A stretch of DNA of 64,000 nucleotides from Bryobacterales bacterium. GTDB taxonomy: Bacteria > Acidobacteriota > Terriglobia > Bryobacterales > UBA6623. How positions within the stretch are numbered: position 1 is the first letter of the stretch; each line of letters starts with the position of its first letter. A model generated the notes under the pieces. That model was not told the DNA's origin. It ran no database searches and saw only the letters and a program-made list of their open reading frames with translations. The translations under genes were made by a program, and so were the position numbers. This document shows positions 18,995 through 27,012 of the stretch, piece by piece. The DNA is taken from NCBI GenBank assembly GCA_965214915.1, contig CBDCCP010000002.1, positions 480,844 to 544,843 of the forward strand, written 5' to 3'.

Positions 18995-19010
18995 GGAGCG
19001 GGCAAACCGG
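18995..19010. repeat. Right copy of the 16-bp target-site duplication
   Basis: GGAGCGGGCAAACCGG, identical to 17382-17397. Confidence 0.75.
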
Positions 19011-19051
19011 TTGCCTCTCGTTTGTGGTAGTGTCTGTCTGGGAGCTTTGCC

Positions 19052-20407
19052 ATGACCGTCAATCGCATCGATCGCCGCCGCTTCGTGCAGACCGCCGCCG
19101 CCGGCATGACCTTGATGGGCGCGCGGGCCGCAGCCCGGCCCCGCCGGGTCGGCCTCATCGGCAGCGGCTGGTACGGCAAGAACGACTTGTTCCGACTGGT
19201 GCAAGTCGAAGACGTCGAAATCGCCGCGCTTTGCGACCCTGACAAAAAGAGCCTCGCCGCGGACGCCAAGACGGCCTCCGCCCGCCATAAGTCCGGCAAG
19301 ACTCCGCACATTTACGGAGATTTCCGCGAGATGCTCAAGCAGGAAGAGCTCGATATCGTCGAGGTCGCCACACCGGACCACTGGCACTGCCTGCCCGCCA
19401 TCGCAGCCATGCAGGCCGGGGCTGACGTCTACGTGCAGAAGCCGATTTCCGTCGATGTGATCGAGGGGCAGTCGATGGTTGCCGCTGCCCGCAAATACGG
19501 CAGAGTCGTGCAGGTCGGCACGCAGAGGCGTTCGGCGCCGCATCTGATCGGCGCCCGCAAGCGCATCCAGGACGGGATGCTGGGCAAAATCTCGCACGCC
19601 GAGGTTTGTTGCTATGTCTATAGGGGGAAACGCGGCAATCCGCCCGACATCGATCCGCCGCCGCATCTGGATTACGAGATGTGGACCGGCCCGGCGCCGA
19701 TGCGGCCTTTTTGTCAGTGGACCCACCCCCGCCGCTGGCGCTACTTCATGGAATACGGCAACGGCGTCATCGGCGACATGTGCATTCACATGATCGACTT
19801 GGTGCGTTGGACGCTCGACCTCGGCTGGCCGCGGGAAATTTATTCGACCGGCGGCATTTTCGTGGACAAAGACAGCAAGGCCAACACCCCGGACACGCAG
19901 ACGGCGACGTTCTCGTTCCCCGATCTCAACGTCGTCTGGACGCACCGCAACTGGGGGCCTCCGGTCGACCCGGACTACCCCTGGGCCTATTTCATCTACG
20001 GCGAGAAAGGCGTGTTCAAGGGTTCCACCACGAAGTGGGAGTTCATACCGGTTGACAAGAACGCCAAGCGGATTCGCGTGGATGCTGTGACCGAGAAGGA
20101 GAAGTACGCGGTCGACAAGGTGGACAACGTGGAATCCCGGTTGGGCTGGCACGAGTTCCCCGTCCTGCGCGATCACATGAGGAACTTCCTGGACGCCATC
20201 GACAACCGCGCCAAGCCGGTCGCCGACATCGAGCAAGGGCATATTTCGACGGCATGCTGCCTGTTGGCCAACCTCTCGCTCGATTTGGGGCGGTCGCTGC
20301 GCTGGGATCCGGTCAAGCACGAGGTGATCGGCGACAAGAAGGCGACGCGGATGTTGGCCAGGCCGTACCGCGCGCCCTGGAAGCATCCCGACCCGAGAAC
20401 GGTCTAG
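19052..20407 (+). CDS. Gfo/Idh/MocA family oxidoreductase with a Tat signal
   Basis: MTVNRIDRRRFVQTAAAGMTLMGARAAA followed by the Rossmann motif VGLIGSGWYGK. Confidence 0.8.
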   Translation: MTVNRIDRRRFVQTAAAGMTLMGARAAARPRRVGLIGSGWYGKNDLFRLVQVEDVEIAALCDPDKKSLAADAKTASARHKSGKTPHIYGDFREMLKQEELDIVEVATPDHWHCLPAIAAMQAGADVYVQKPISVDVIEGQSMVAAARKYGRVVQVGTQRRSAPHLIGARKRIQDGMLGKISHAEVCCYVYRGKRGNPPDIDPPPHLDYEMWTGPAPMRPFCQWTHPRRWRYFMEYGNGVIGDMCIHMIDLVRWTLDLGWPREIYSTGGIFVDKDSKANTPDTQTATFSFPDLNVVWTHRNWGPPVDPDYPWAYFIYGEKGVFKGSTTKWEFIPVDKNAKRIRVDAVTEKEKYAVDKVDNVESRLGWHEFPVLRDHMRNFLDAIDNRAKPVADIEQGHISTACCLLANLSLDLGRSLRWDPVKHEVIGDKKATRMLARPYRAPWKHPDPRTV

Positions 20408-20425
20408 CTCGGACGCGCCCGCGGG

Positions 20426-20431
20426 TATAAT
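20426..20431 (+). promoter_or_regulatory. TATAAT -10-like hexamer 9 nt upstream of ATG 20441
   Basis: The sequence is gcgggtataatcggaacgccATG. This would give a leader of 2-3 nt. Confidence 0.25.
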
Positions 20432-20440
20432 CGGAACGCC

Positions 20441-21631
20441 ATGCTGACCAGACGCGAATGGGGAGTTTCCGCCGCCGCCTTGCTTGGCGCTTGCGCCGCG
20501 CCGCCCGACCCGGCTCCCGAGCCGGAAGCGCCGGCCGGGCCGCTCTACGTCGATCTGCACATCGACACGCCGTCGCGCATTCTCAACGAAGGTCTCGACT
20601 TGGCCGAGAGCCGCGAATACACCCACGTCGATATCCCCAAGATGCGCAAGGGCGGCCTTCACGCGGGCTTTTTCGCGGTATCCACGTCGGCCCGCAGCCA
20701 GACGCCGCTCGCAGCGGTGAAGCAGGCCCTGCGGATCATCGACGTTATCGTCGGGGAAGTGCGCCGCCACCCGGCGGACCTCTTTTTAGGGACGACGGCC
20801 GACGACGTCGTGAGCGCGCGGCGCGGCGGCAAGATCGCCGTGTTCATGGGCGTCGAGGGCGGCCACATGATCGACTCCAGCCTCGAAGTGCTGCGGCAAC
20901 TTTACCGCCTCGGAGCGCGCTACATGGGCCTCACCCACAGCGGCAATACTCCCTGGGTCGGCGCCGCCGAGTACGACGACGGCCCCGAGGGGCTGACCGA
21001 CTTCGGCAGGGAAGTCGTCAAGGAAATGAACCGGCTCGGCATGATGATCGACATGTCGCACGCCTCGGACCGGGCGTTCTACGACGTAGTCGAGACTTCC
21101 GCCGCCCCGATTCTCAATACGCACGCGGCCTGCCGCGCGGTTGCCGGCCATCCCCGCAACCTCACCGACGACATGCTCAAGGCCCTGGCCCAAAACGGCG
21201 GGGTGCTGGGCGTCGCCTATTACGCCGCCATGCTCGACGATGACTACCGCTCGCGTTTGCCGCAATTGCGCGAGATCGGGCGGCGGCGCGGCGCGGTGCG
21301 CAAGCAGTTTGCCGGCGACAAGCAGCGGCTCTCGGAAGAGCTTTGGAAACTCACCAAAGCCGAGGTCGAAAAGATCGGGCGAGTGCCCCTGGCCAGATTG
21401 GCGGACCACATCGAGCACGCGGCGACCGTAGCTGGAATCGACCATGTCGGCATCGGCTGCGACTACGACAGCGTCGGCCTCAAGGTGCCCGAGGGGCTGG
21501 ACGACATCGGCGAAACTCCGAATCTCGTCGCGTCGCTCAAGGATCGCGGGTTTTCTGCGGAAGATGTCGAGAAGATCATGGGCGGCAACGCTCTGCGCGT
21601 CATGCGCAAGGCCGAAGAAGTCGCGGCGTAA
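20441..21631 (+). CDS. Membrane dipeptidase (peptidase family M19)
   Basis: LYVDLHIDTPSRIL, MIDMSHASD and IDHVGIGCDYD motifs of the renal-dipeptidase family. Confidence 0.85.
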   Translation: MLTRREWGVSAAALLGACAAPPDPAPEPEAPAGPLYVDLHIDTPSRILNEGLDLAESREYTHVDIPKMRKGGLHAGFFAVSTSARSQTPLAAVKQALRIIDVIVGEVRRHPADLFLGTTADDVVSARRGGKIAVFMGVEGGHMIDSSLEVLRQLYRLGARYMGLTHSGNTPWVGAAEYDDGPEGLTDFGREVVKEMNRLGMMIDMSHASDRAFYDVVETSAAPILNTHAACRAVAGHPRNLTDDMLKALAQNGGVLGVAYYAAMLDDDYRSRLPQLREIGRRRGAVRKQFAGDKQRLSEELWKLTKAEVEKIGRVPLARLADHIEHAATVAGIDHVGIGCDYDSVGLKVPEGLDDIGETPNLVASLKDRGFSAEDVEKIMGGNALRVMRKAEEVAA

Positions 21632-21692
21632 GAGCGCCGCCGATGTTGCCTTGACGCCCCCGCGCGGTTATCCTGTGAAGAAGAGTCCGGGC

Positions 21693-21768
21693 GGGCGCGT
21701 AGCTCAATTGGTAGAGCAAGTGACTCTTAATCACTAGGTTCCGGGTTCGAGTCCCTGCGCGCTCACCA
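21693..21768 (+). tRNA. tRNA-Lys (anticodon CUU)
   Basis: Manual cloverleaf. Acceptor GGGCGCG/CGCGCTC. D arm GCTC..GAGC. Anticodon stem AGTGA/TCACT with loop CTCTTAA. T loop TTCGAGT. CCA is encoded. Confidence 0.9.
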
Positions 21769-21799
21769 TTGTTCCATCTTTCGCATTCATGCCGCGCCG
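21736..21799. repeat. 64-bp direct repeat, copy A (3' 33 nt of tRNA-Lys plus 31 nt downstream); att-like
   Basis: 61/64 identical to 26876-26939 by manual alignment. Confidence 0.8.
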
Positions 21800-21942
21800 T
21801 AGCCGAGGTCGTCGGCCATGATGACGACGGTGTTGGGGCGCGGGCGCGGACACGGGGGGCTGGAAACTGCCGGGAGTGCGACAGCACTGCCAAGAACACC
21901 CCATACTGCCGAGAGAGCTTCACGGATTGTCCGGATCCGCAT
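21787..21942 (-). pseudogene. Sulfatase N-terminal stub (51 codons)
   Basis: Own translation: MRIRTIREALSAVWGVLGSAVALPAVSSPPCPRPRPNTVVIMADDLGYGAA-stop. PNxVxIxADDLGYG is the sulfatase N-terminal signature. The ATG overlaps the TGA of the upstream TonB receptor. The ORF ends inside repeat copy A. Confidence 0.7.
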
Positions 21943-24900
21943 CAGAAAATAAACTTCAGGCCGAACTGTAGGTTTCTCGGACGCCCGGCAGAGTTGATCA
22001 AGCCGAAGTTGTTGTTTCCGACCTGAACGTTAGGAACCCCGAAGGCCGGAGTATTGAAGAAGTTGAACGCTTCGAACCGGAACTGAAGCCGCATGTCTTC
22101 GCTAATCGGAAAATTCTTGTAGACCGAGAAATCAAAGTTCACCTGTCCGGGACCCTCAATCAGATTCCGCCCGGCATTGCCGTAGGTAAAGCGGGCGTTC
22201 GACTCGAAGGCCGAGGTGTCAAACCACTCATCGAGCGTCCGGCGATCTCCATCCAGGCGCCAATCGCGCAAAACGTTCGGGCGGTTTGGGTCGCCGGAGT
22301 TCGAAGGATTGCCCCTGACCGTCAAATTAACCACCCGGCCGCTCGTTAGTGTCGTGATGCCGGCAACCACCCAGCCGCCCAGGACTCCGTTCACGACCGA
22401 AGGCGCATCCGTCATGAATTTTTTGCCGCGGCCAAACGGCAATTCGTAGACATAGCTGCCGACGAAACGGTGGGCGATATGCTCGTCCGCCAGTCCCCGT
22501 TCTGCGCGCAAGTCGCGCGGATTCTGCGGTTCGAGATTGCCGTTTCCGCCTGAGTCGGCCGCTCCGCGTCCATCGTTGATAGCCTTGGACCAAATATAGG
22601 ACGTCAAGAAGCTCAGTCCATGCGACAAGCGCTTCTCGACCTTCGTTTGGAACGAGTGATAGTTGGCGTTGGCGCTGCGTTCCAGAACGCCCCATCCCGC
22701 TAATGGTCCGATGACGACATCATCGCCGGGAACGAAGATCGACGTGTAGCGCCGTCGCCGATTCACGTTTCCGGGTCCCGGCAGCGCCCAGTTCCCCTGC
22801 GTTCGGCGGGCTTCTTTGTGCAGCGTATTCGCAAAGTACCCCACTTCCCACAACATGTCGCCGGGCAGTTGATTCTGAACGGAAAAGTTCCATTGCTGGG
22901 CATAGGGAAAGTGTCCTGCGAACTCTTGTGTGGAGATCGCGATGTTGCGTGCATTTGCGGGGGTAGCGAGACCCGGCTCCAGGCCGTCTACGAGACGAAT
23001 GGTGGGATTGATGCGGTCCGTCGAAATATTCGCCCGATAATGAAACGGCGGATTGAGGGCGAGCACGCCTTGAAAGATGACATTTCCGTAGTACACGCCG
23101 TAGCCCCCTCGCAAGACCGTCTTCTCCGTAGCCCGATAGGCAAAGCCGAAGCGTGGGCCGAAATTGTTCTTGTCCGTATGGACCAACGCCCGGTCAAATC
23201 GTGAGCCTGTCGCTTGCGCCAAGATCAGGGTAGGATTTTCAAGGTCGGCGAAATCCACATTGAGCTTGTGTTGATTGATATCCTCCCAAGGCATATGCAA
23301 CTCGTAACGCAGCCCTAGGTTCAGGGTCAGTTTTTCCGACACCCGCCATTGATCCTGGATATAGAAATCATAGTAGGGCGCGCGCTCGTCCATCGTGGCT
23401 GTATTCGACACTTGCGCCGCTGACGCGACGCCGAGCAGTAGGTCCGCCGCCGAATTCCCTTCCCGGACAGTCTCGGTGTTGCGGGTGTAACCGCCGTCGA
23501 AGGTAAAAACACCGATCGATTGACGCGGGTTGAACAGGAAGCGCCACAAGCGTTGAAAATTGAATCCGAATTTCACACTGTGCTTGTTATGTATCCAGGT
23601 GATGTCGCTGTTCACCTGCCAATTTCGGGAACCGATGTGGTTGGGGTTGAACGGGCCGATGCCGAGAGTGCTGAACCCCGCTACGCCAAACTGCGCCATG
23701 CCGGGAATGACCTGATTGACTCCCTTCAAACCCAGATCCGCATTTACGTTTCTGTCATCGCCAAGGGCTGATTCCCGGCGCGTGAAGATCTTGTTCCAAC
23801 CGGCTTTCGTCGACATAATCAACGTGGGCGAAAAAATATGATTCCAGCCCAACGCAACATTGCGGCCGTTGTGACCAAAGTCGCTGGCATTGGCTCCCCC
23901 GCCGAACGCCGGAGGCGGCAGGTTGGGCGATGAGGGCGCAAACAGGCGCTGCCAACTGTATCTGCCGAAGAGTGTGTCGTTGGCTCCCAGGTTGTGGTCG
24001 ATTCTGGCGTCCCAACGGTTCAGGTCTTCCGAATCGGCAGGATTAAACAGGAAGTTTCTCCTCAAGCCGGGCAGGTTCGTCTGCGGATAGAATGTCGCCA
24101 GCTTAGCGCCGATGGGATCGAATCTTGAAGCCGGCATGATGTTGTCCGGGAACGGCTGCCGCCGGCCGGTGTCTGCATCGTAGGTAGCGGGGTCATAAAC
24201 CCTCGTTCCCGGCAGGAGCGCGGAAAAATCGCCTGCAACGAAAGCAGGCGTGGGGATTGTACTCGTTACAGTACGAGACTCGCGAACTCTGCTCCCTTCG
24301 TAATCGCCGAAAGCGAATGTCTTGTTCTTGACGATCGGGCCACCGAGTGAAAAGCCGTACTGGTTTCGCTTGAAGGGCGGTCTTGGGGCCGTGGGCGAAT
24401 CAAAGAAGTTCTTCGCGTCCAGCTTCTCGTTGCGTAGAAACTCATAGGCGGTGCCGTGCAGTTCGTTGGTTCCCGATTTGATGCTTACGTTCACCACGGC
24501 TCCGGCCGCTCGGCCGTATTCGGCGGAAAAGCCGTTGGTGGACACCTTGAACTCCTGAATGGCGTCCACGGACGGCTTCACAGTTTCGGCCTGTCGGCCC
24601 TGTGCCGCATTTTGCATGTTGTTGTTGTCGATGCCGTCAAGGATGTAGTTGTTTTGCCCGGCACGCACGCCGCCGGCGCTGAAACCTCCGAAACGGGCGC
24701 CCGGGTGAGGTTGGACCGCTCCCGCCGAGAGCAAGGCCAACTGGATGTAGTCGCGGCCGTTCAGCGGCAAGTCCACGATCTTCTGGTTGTCAATCACTTG
24801 GCCCTGGGTCGCTTCCGTGGTGACTAACAGCGGTGCGTCGGCGGTGACGGCGACAGCTTCGGTCACCACGCCGACCTCCAAAATCAGATCGACTTCCGCA

Positions 24901-25208
24901 GTCTCCTGGATCTGGAGGATGACGCCATCGCGCACTACGCGCTTGAATCCGGATTGCTCGGCGGCTACCCGATAAGGTCCGATGCGCAGGGGGACAGACT
25001 CATAACGTCCTGTCGCGTTTGTTTCGGTTCGATAGCTGATATTGGTGTTAACGTTCGTGATCGTCACCACGGCTCCGGGAATCACCGCCCCGGACTGGTC
25101 GGTCACATTTCCGATGATACGCGCGGACTCGACTTGGCCTAGAAGACCGCCAGTCAAGCACGCCGAACACACAGCAAGGCGTAGCGACACATTGAATGCT
25201 TGTAACAT
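21942..25208 (-). CDS. TonB-dependent receptor with a carboxypeptidase-regulatory-like N-terminal domain
   Basis: 1088 aa. IIGNVTDQSGAVIPGAVVTITNVNTNISYRTETNATGRYES..., plug region, C-terminal beta-barrel ending LQFGLKFIF. Markedly lower GC than the flanks. Confidence 0.9.
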   Translation of the reverse strand: MLQAFNVSLRLAVCSACLTGGLLGQVESARIIGNVTDQSGAVIPGAVVTITNVNTNISYRTETNATGRYESVPLRIGPYRVAAEQSGFKRVVRDGVILQIQETAEVDLILEVGVVTEAVAVTADAPLLVTTEATQGQVIDNQKIVDLPLNGRDYIQLALLSAGAVQPHPGARFGGFSAGGVRAGQNNYILDGIDNNNMQNAAQGRQAETVKPSVDAIQEFKVSTNGFSAEYGRAAGAVVNVSIKSGTNELHGTAYEFLRNEKLDAKNFFDSPTAPRPPFKRNQYGFSLGGPIVKNKTFAFGDYEGSRVRESRTVTSTIPTPAFVAGDFSALLPGTRVYDPATYDADTGRRQPFPDNIMPASRFDPIGAKLATFYPQTNLPGLRRNFLFNPADSEDLNRWDARIDHNLGANDTLFGRYSWQRLFAPSSPNLPPPAFGGGANASDFGHNGRNVALGWNHIFSPTLIMSTKAGWNKIFTRRESALGDDRNVNADLGLKGVNQVIPGMAQFGVAGFSTLGIGPFNPNHIGSRNWQVNSDITWIHNKHSVKFGFNFQRLWRFLFNPRQSIGVFTFDGGYTRNTETVREGNSAADLLLGVASAAQVSNTATMDERAPYYDFYIQDQWRVSEKLTLNLGLRYELHMPWEDINQHKLNVDFADLENPTLILAQATGSRFDRALVHTDKNNFGPRFGFAYRATEKTVLRGGYGVYYGNVIFQGVLALNPPFHYRANISTDRINPTIRLVDGLEPGLATPANARNIAISTQEFAGHFPYAQQWNFSVQNQLPGDMLWEVGYFANTLHKEARRTQGNWALPGPGNVNRRRRYTSIFVPGDDVVIGPLAGWGVLERSANANYHSFQTKVEKRLSHGLSFLTSYIWSKAINDGRGAADSGGNGNLEPQNPRDLRAERGLADEHIAHRFVGSYVYELPFGRGKKFMTDAPSVVNGVLGGWVVAGITTLTSGRVVNLTVRGNPSNSGDPNRPNVLRDWRLDGDRRTLDEWFDTSAFESNARFTYGNAGRNLIEGPGQVNFDFSVYKNFPISEDMRLQFRFEAFNFFNTPAFGVPNVQVGNNNFGLINSAGRPRNLQFGLKFIF

Positions 25209-25391
25209 ACCTGAAAGTCTCCCGCCCCTAGTATGGCAGCAAGCCCTGCGCAGTCAAGCGTCGTTTGCGAGCGATACTGGTTCTTGGCGGGCTGATGCGG
25301 TTCGCCTCGCCGCCTCGCGCTGCGGAGCGCAACGCATCGATACCGGGAGTTTTTCACTCTGGGGATACCGGGGCCGGGCTAACATGAGTCC

Positions 25392-26807
25392 GTGAGCCTC
25401 CGAGCGGCTATTCCGGCGCTTCTGTTTGGGTCGGCGCTCCTGCACATTTGCAGTTGCGGATACAATACGTCCCTGCCGCAAATCCCCCCCATAAACCCGG
25501 GAGATTTCCCCGCCGCGTCCCGACCGGTCGTCAGCCGGATTCTCCACGATCTGGAGCGGAATCCCGAAGCGGCATCCGCAAATGGACGGTTGGGCATGCT
25601 GCTGCAGTCCTATGGGTTCCGCGATGGGGCGAAAGCCTGTTTTCTTCGTGCTCAAATCCTTGACGCGGACGACTTCCGGTGGCCGTATTATCTGGGCATC
25701 GTTCAAGCAGAGGCGGGGGCTCCGGAAGCGGCGGTCGACGCTTTCAGACGAGCGCTCACGCTAAACAAGTACCCCGCCGCTTCCATTCGGCTCGGTGAGG
25801 CGCTGCTGTCTCTCGACCGGCTGAAAGAGAGCAGCCGCTCCTTCGAAGCGGCTCTGCGTCTGTCGCCGCGCGCTCCCGCGGCCTACTACGGGCTCGGCCA
25901 AGTCCTTTTGAGGCAAAACGCGGCTCGGGAAGCCATACGCGTTCTCCGCATGGCCTGCGAACTGGCGCCGCAATCCGGCGCGCCGCATTACGCGCTGGCG
26001 ATGGCTTATCGGGACGCGGGCGATCAGGAGTCATCGCAAAAGCGCCTGGCCCTATCGGAGAACTACGAGCGCCCCCTGCCGCCGATCGACGACCCGGTTT
26101 TTCGAGAGGTCGAGAGTTTGCGGGCTGACCAATACTGGCATCACAGCGAAGGCATGCGGCTTGAATCCGAGGGTCGCATGGACGAAGCCATCGAGTCCTA
26201 CGAGAAGGCGATCGATCTGGATGCGGAGTTCGTACAGCCGCATGTCAATCTGGTCGCTGCTTTTGGCCGCCTTGCCCGATTCGAGCAAGCGGAAATCCAT
26301 TACCGAAGGGCGTTGGAACTGAACTCGGAAATCGAGGAACTGCACAACAATTGGGGAGCGATTCAGGCCTTGAGGAAGCGCCCGCGTGAGGCGGCCGAGA
26401 GTTTTCGGCGAGCCTTGGAGATCAATCCGTTTTCGGCCGACGCGCATCTCAGTCTGGGGTCCACTCTCAACACGTTGGGGCGCACCGCCGAAGCGGTCCG
26501 ACACTTCCAGCAAGCGCTCGAGTACCACCCGAATGACCGCTTGGCGAATTTTCAGATGGGACGGCATCTGGTGGCGGCGGGCAAGATAGATGAGGCGATC
26601 ACCCACCTGGAACGGACGTTGGTCGGCGAGGACGAGCGGACGCCGGGATTTCTCTACACGCTGGCTGATGCTCACGTTCGTGCCGGGCGCAAAGATGTGG
26701 CGATCCAATACGCCACGCAGGCTCTCGCAATGGCCGAGGCAATGGGGCAGGCGCAAATGGCAGCGGCGATCCGAGAGGATTTAAAGACTCTGCGAGCCAC
26801 GCCGTAG
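25392..26807 (+). CDS. Tetratricopeptide-repeat lipoprotein
   Basis: 471 aa, GTG start. Lipobox-like LLHICSCG. Multiple TPR units (AEAHYRRALELNSEIEELHNNWGAIQ and others). Confidence 0.8.
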   Translation: MSLRAAIPALLFGSALLHICSCGYNTSLPQIPPINPGDFPAASRPVVSRILHDLERNPEAASANGRLGMLLQSYGFRDGAKACFLRAQILDADDFRWPYYLGIVQAEAGAPEAAVDAFRRALTLNKYPAASIRLGEALLSLDRLKESSRSFEAALRLSPRAPAAYYGLGQVLLRQNAAREAIRVLRMACELAPQSGAPHYALAMAYRDAGDQESSQKRLALSENYERPLPPIDDPVFREVESLRADQYWHHSEGMRLESEGRMDEAIESYEKAIDLDAEFVQPHVNLVAAFGRLARFEQAEIHYRRALELNSEIEELHNNWGAIQALRKRPREAAESFRRALEINPFSADAHLSLGSTLNTLGRTAEAVRHFQQALEYHPNDRLANFQMGRHLVAAGKIDEAITHLERTLVGEDERTPGFLYTLADAHVRAGRKDVAIQYATQALAMAEAMGQAQMAAAIREDLKTLRATP

Positions 26808-26875
26808 GCCCTCAATCGTTCCCACCAATAACGTGATTTTCACACGTCCAGGTCCATGAACCGGCGCAGTTTTCC

Positions 26876-26939
26876 AGGTTCGGGGTTCGAGTCCCTGCGC
26901 GCTCACCATCGCTCCATCTTTCGCATTCATGCCGCGCCG
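26876..26939. repeat. 64-bp direct repeat, copy B (tRNA-Lys 3' fragment plus 31 nt); att-like
   Basis: AGGTTCGGGGTTCGAGTCCCTGCGCGCTCACCATCGCTCCATCTTTCGCATTCATGCCGCGCCG. There is no tRNA 5' half upstream, so this is not a tRNA gene. Confidence 0.8.
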
Positions 26940-27012
26940 CCCGCAACGGCCGGCGACGCCAGGCTTCGTGTATTCACCGTCCCGATTATCCCAAGTCCCG
27001 CGCGCGGTTCGG

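Noticed and set aside
26876-26908. Possible second tRNA-Lys gene
   Set aside because: Only the T arm and acceptor 3' strand are present, and no matching 5' acceptor, D arm or anticodon arm lies upstream. I interpret it as an att-type partial copy.
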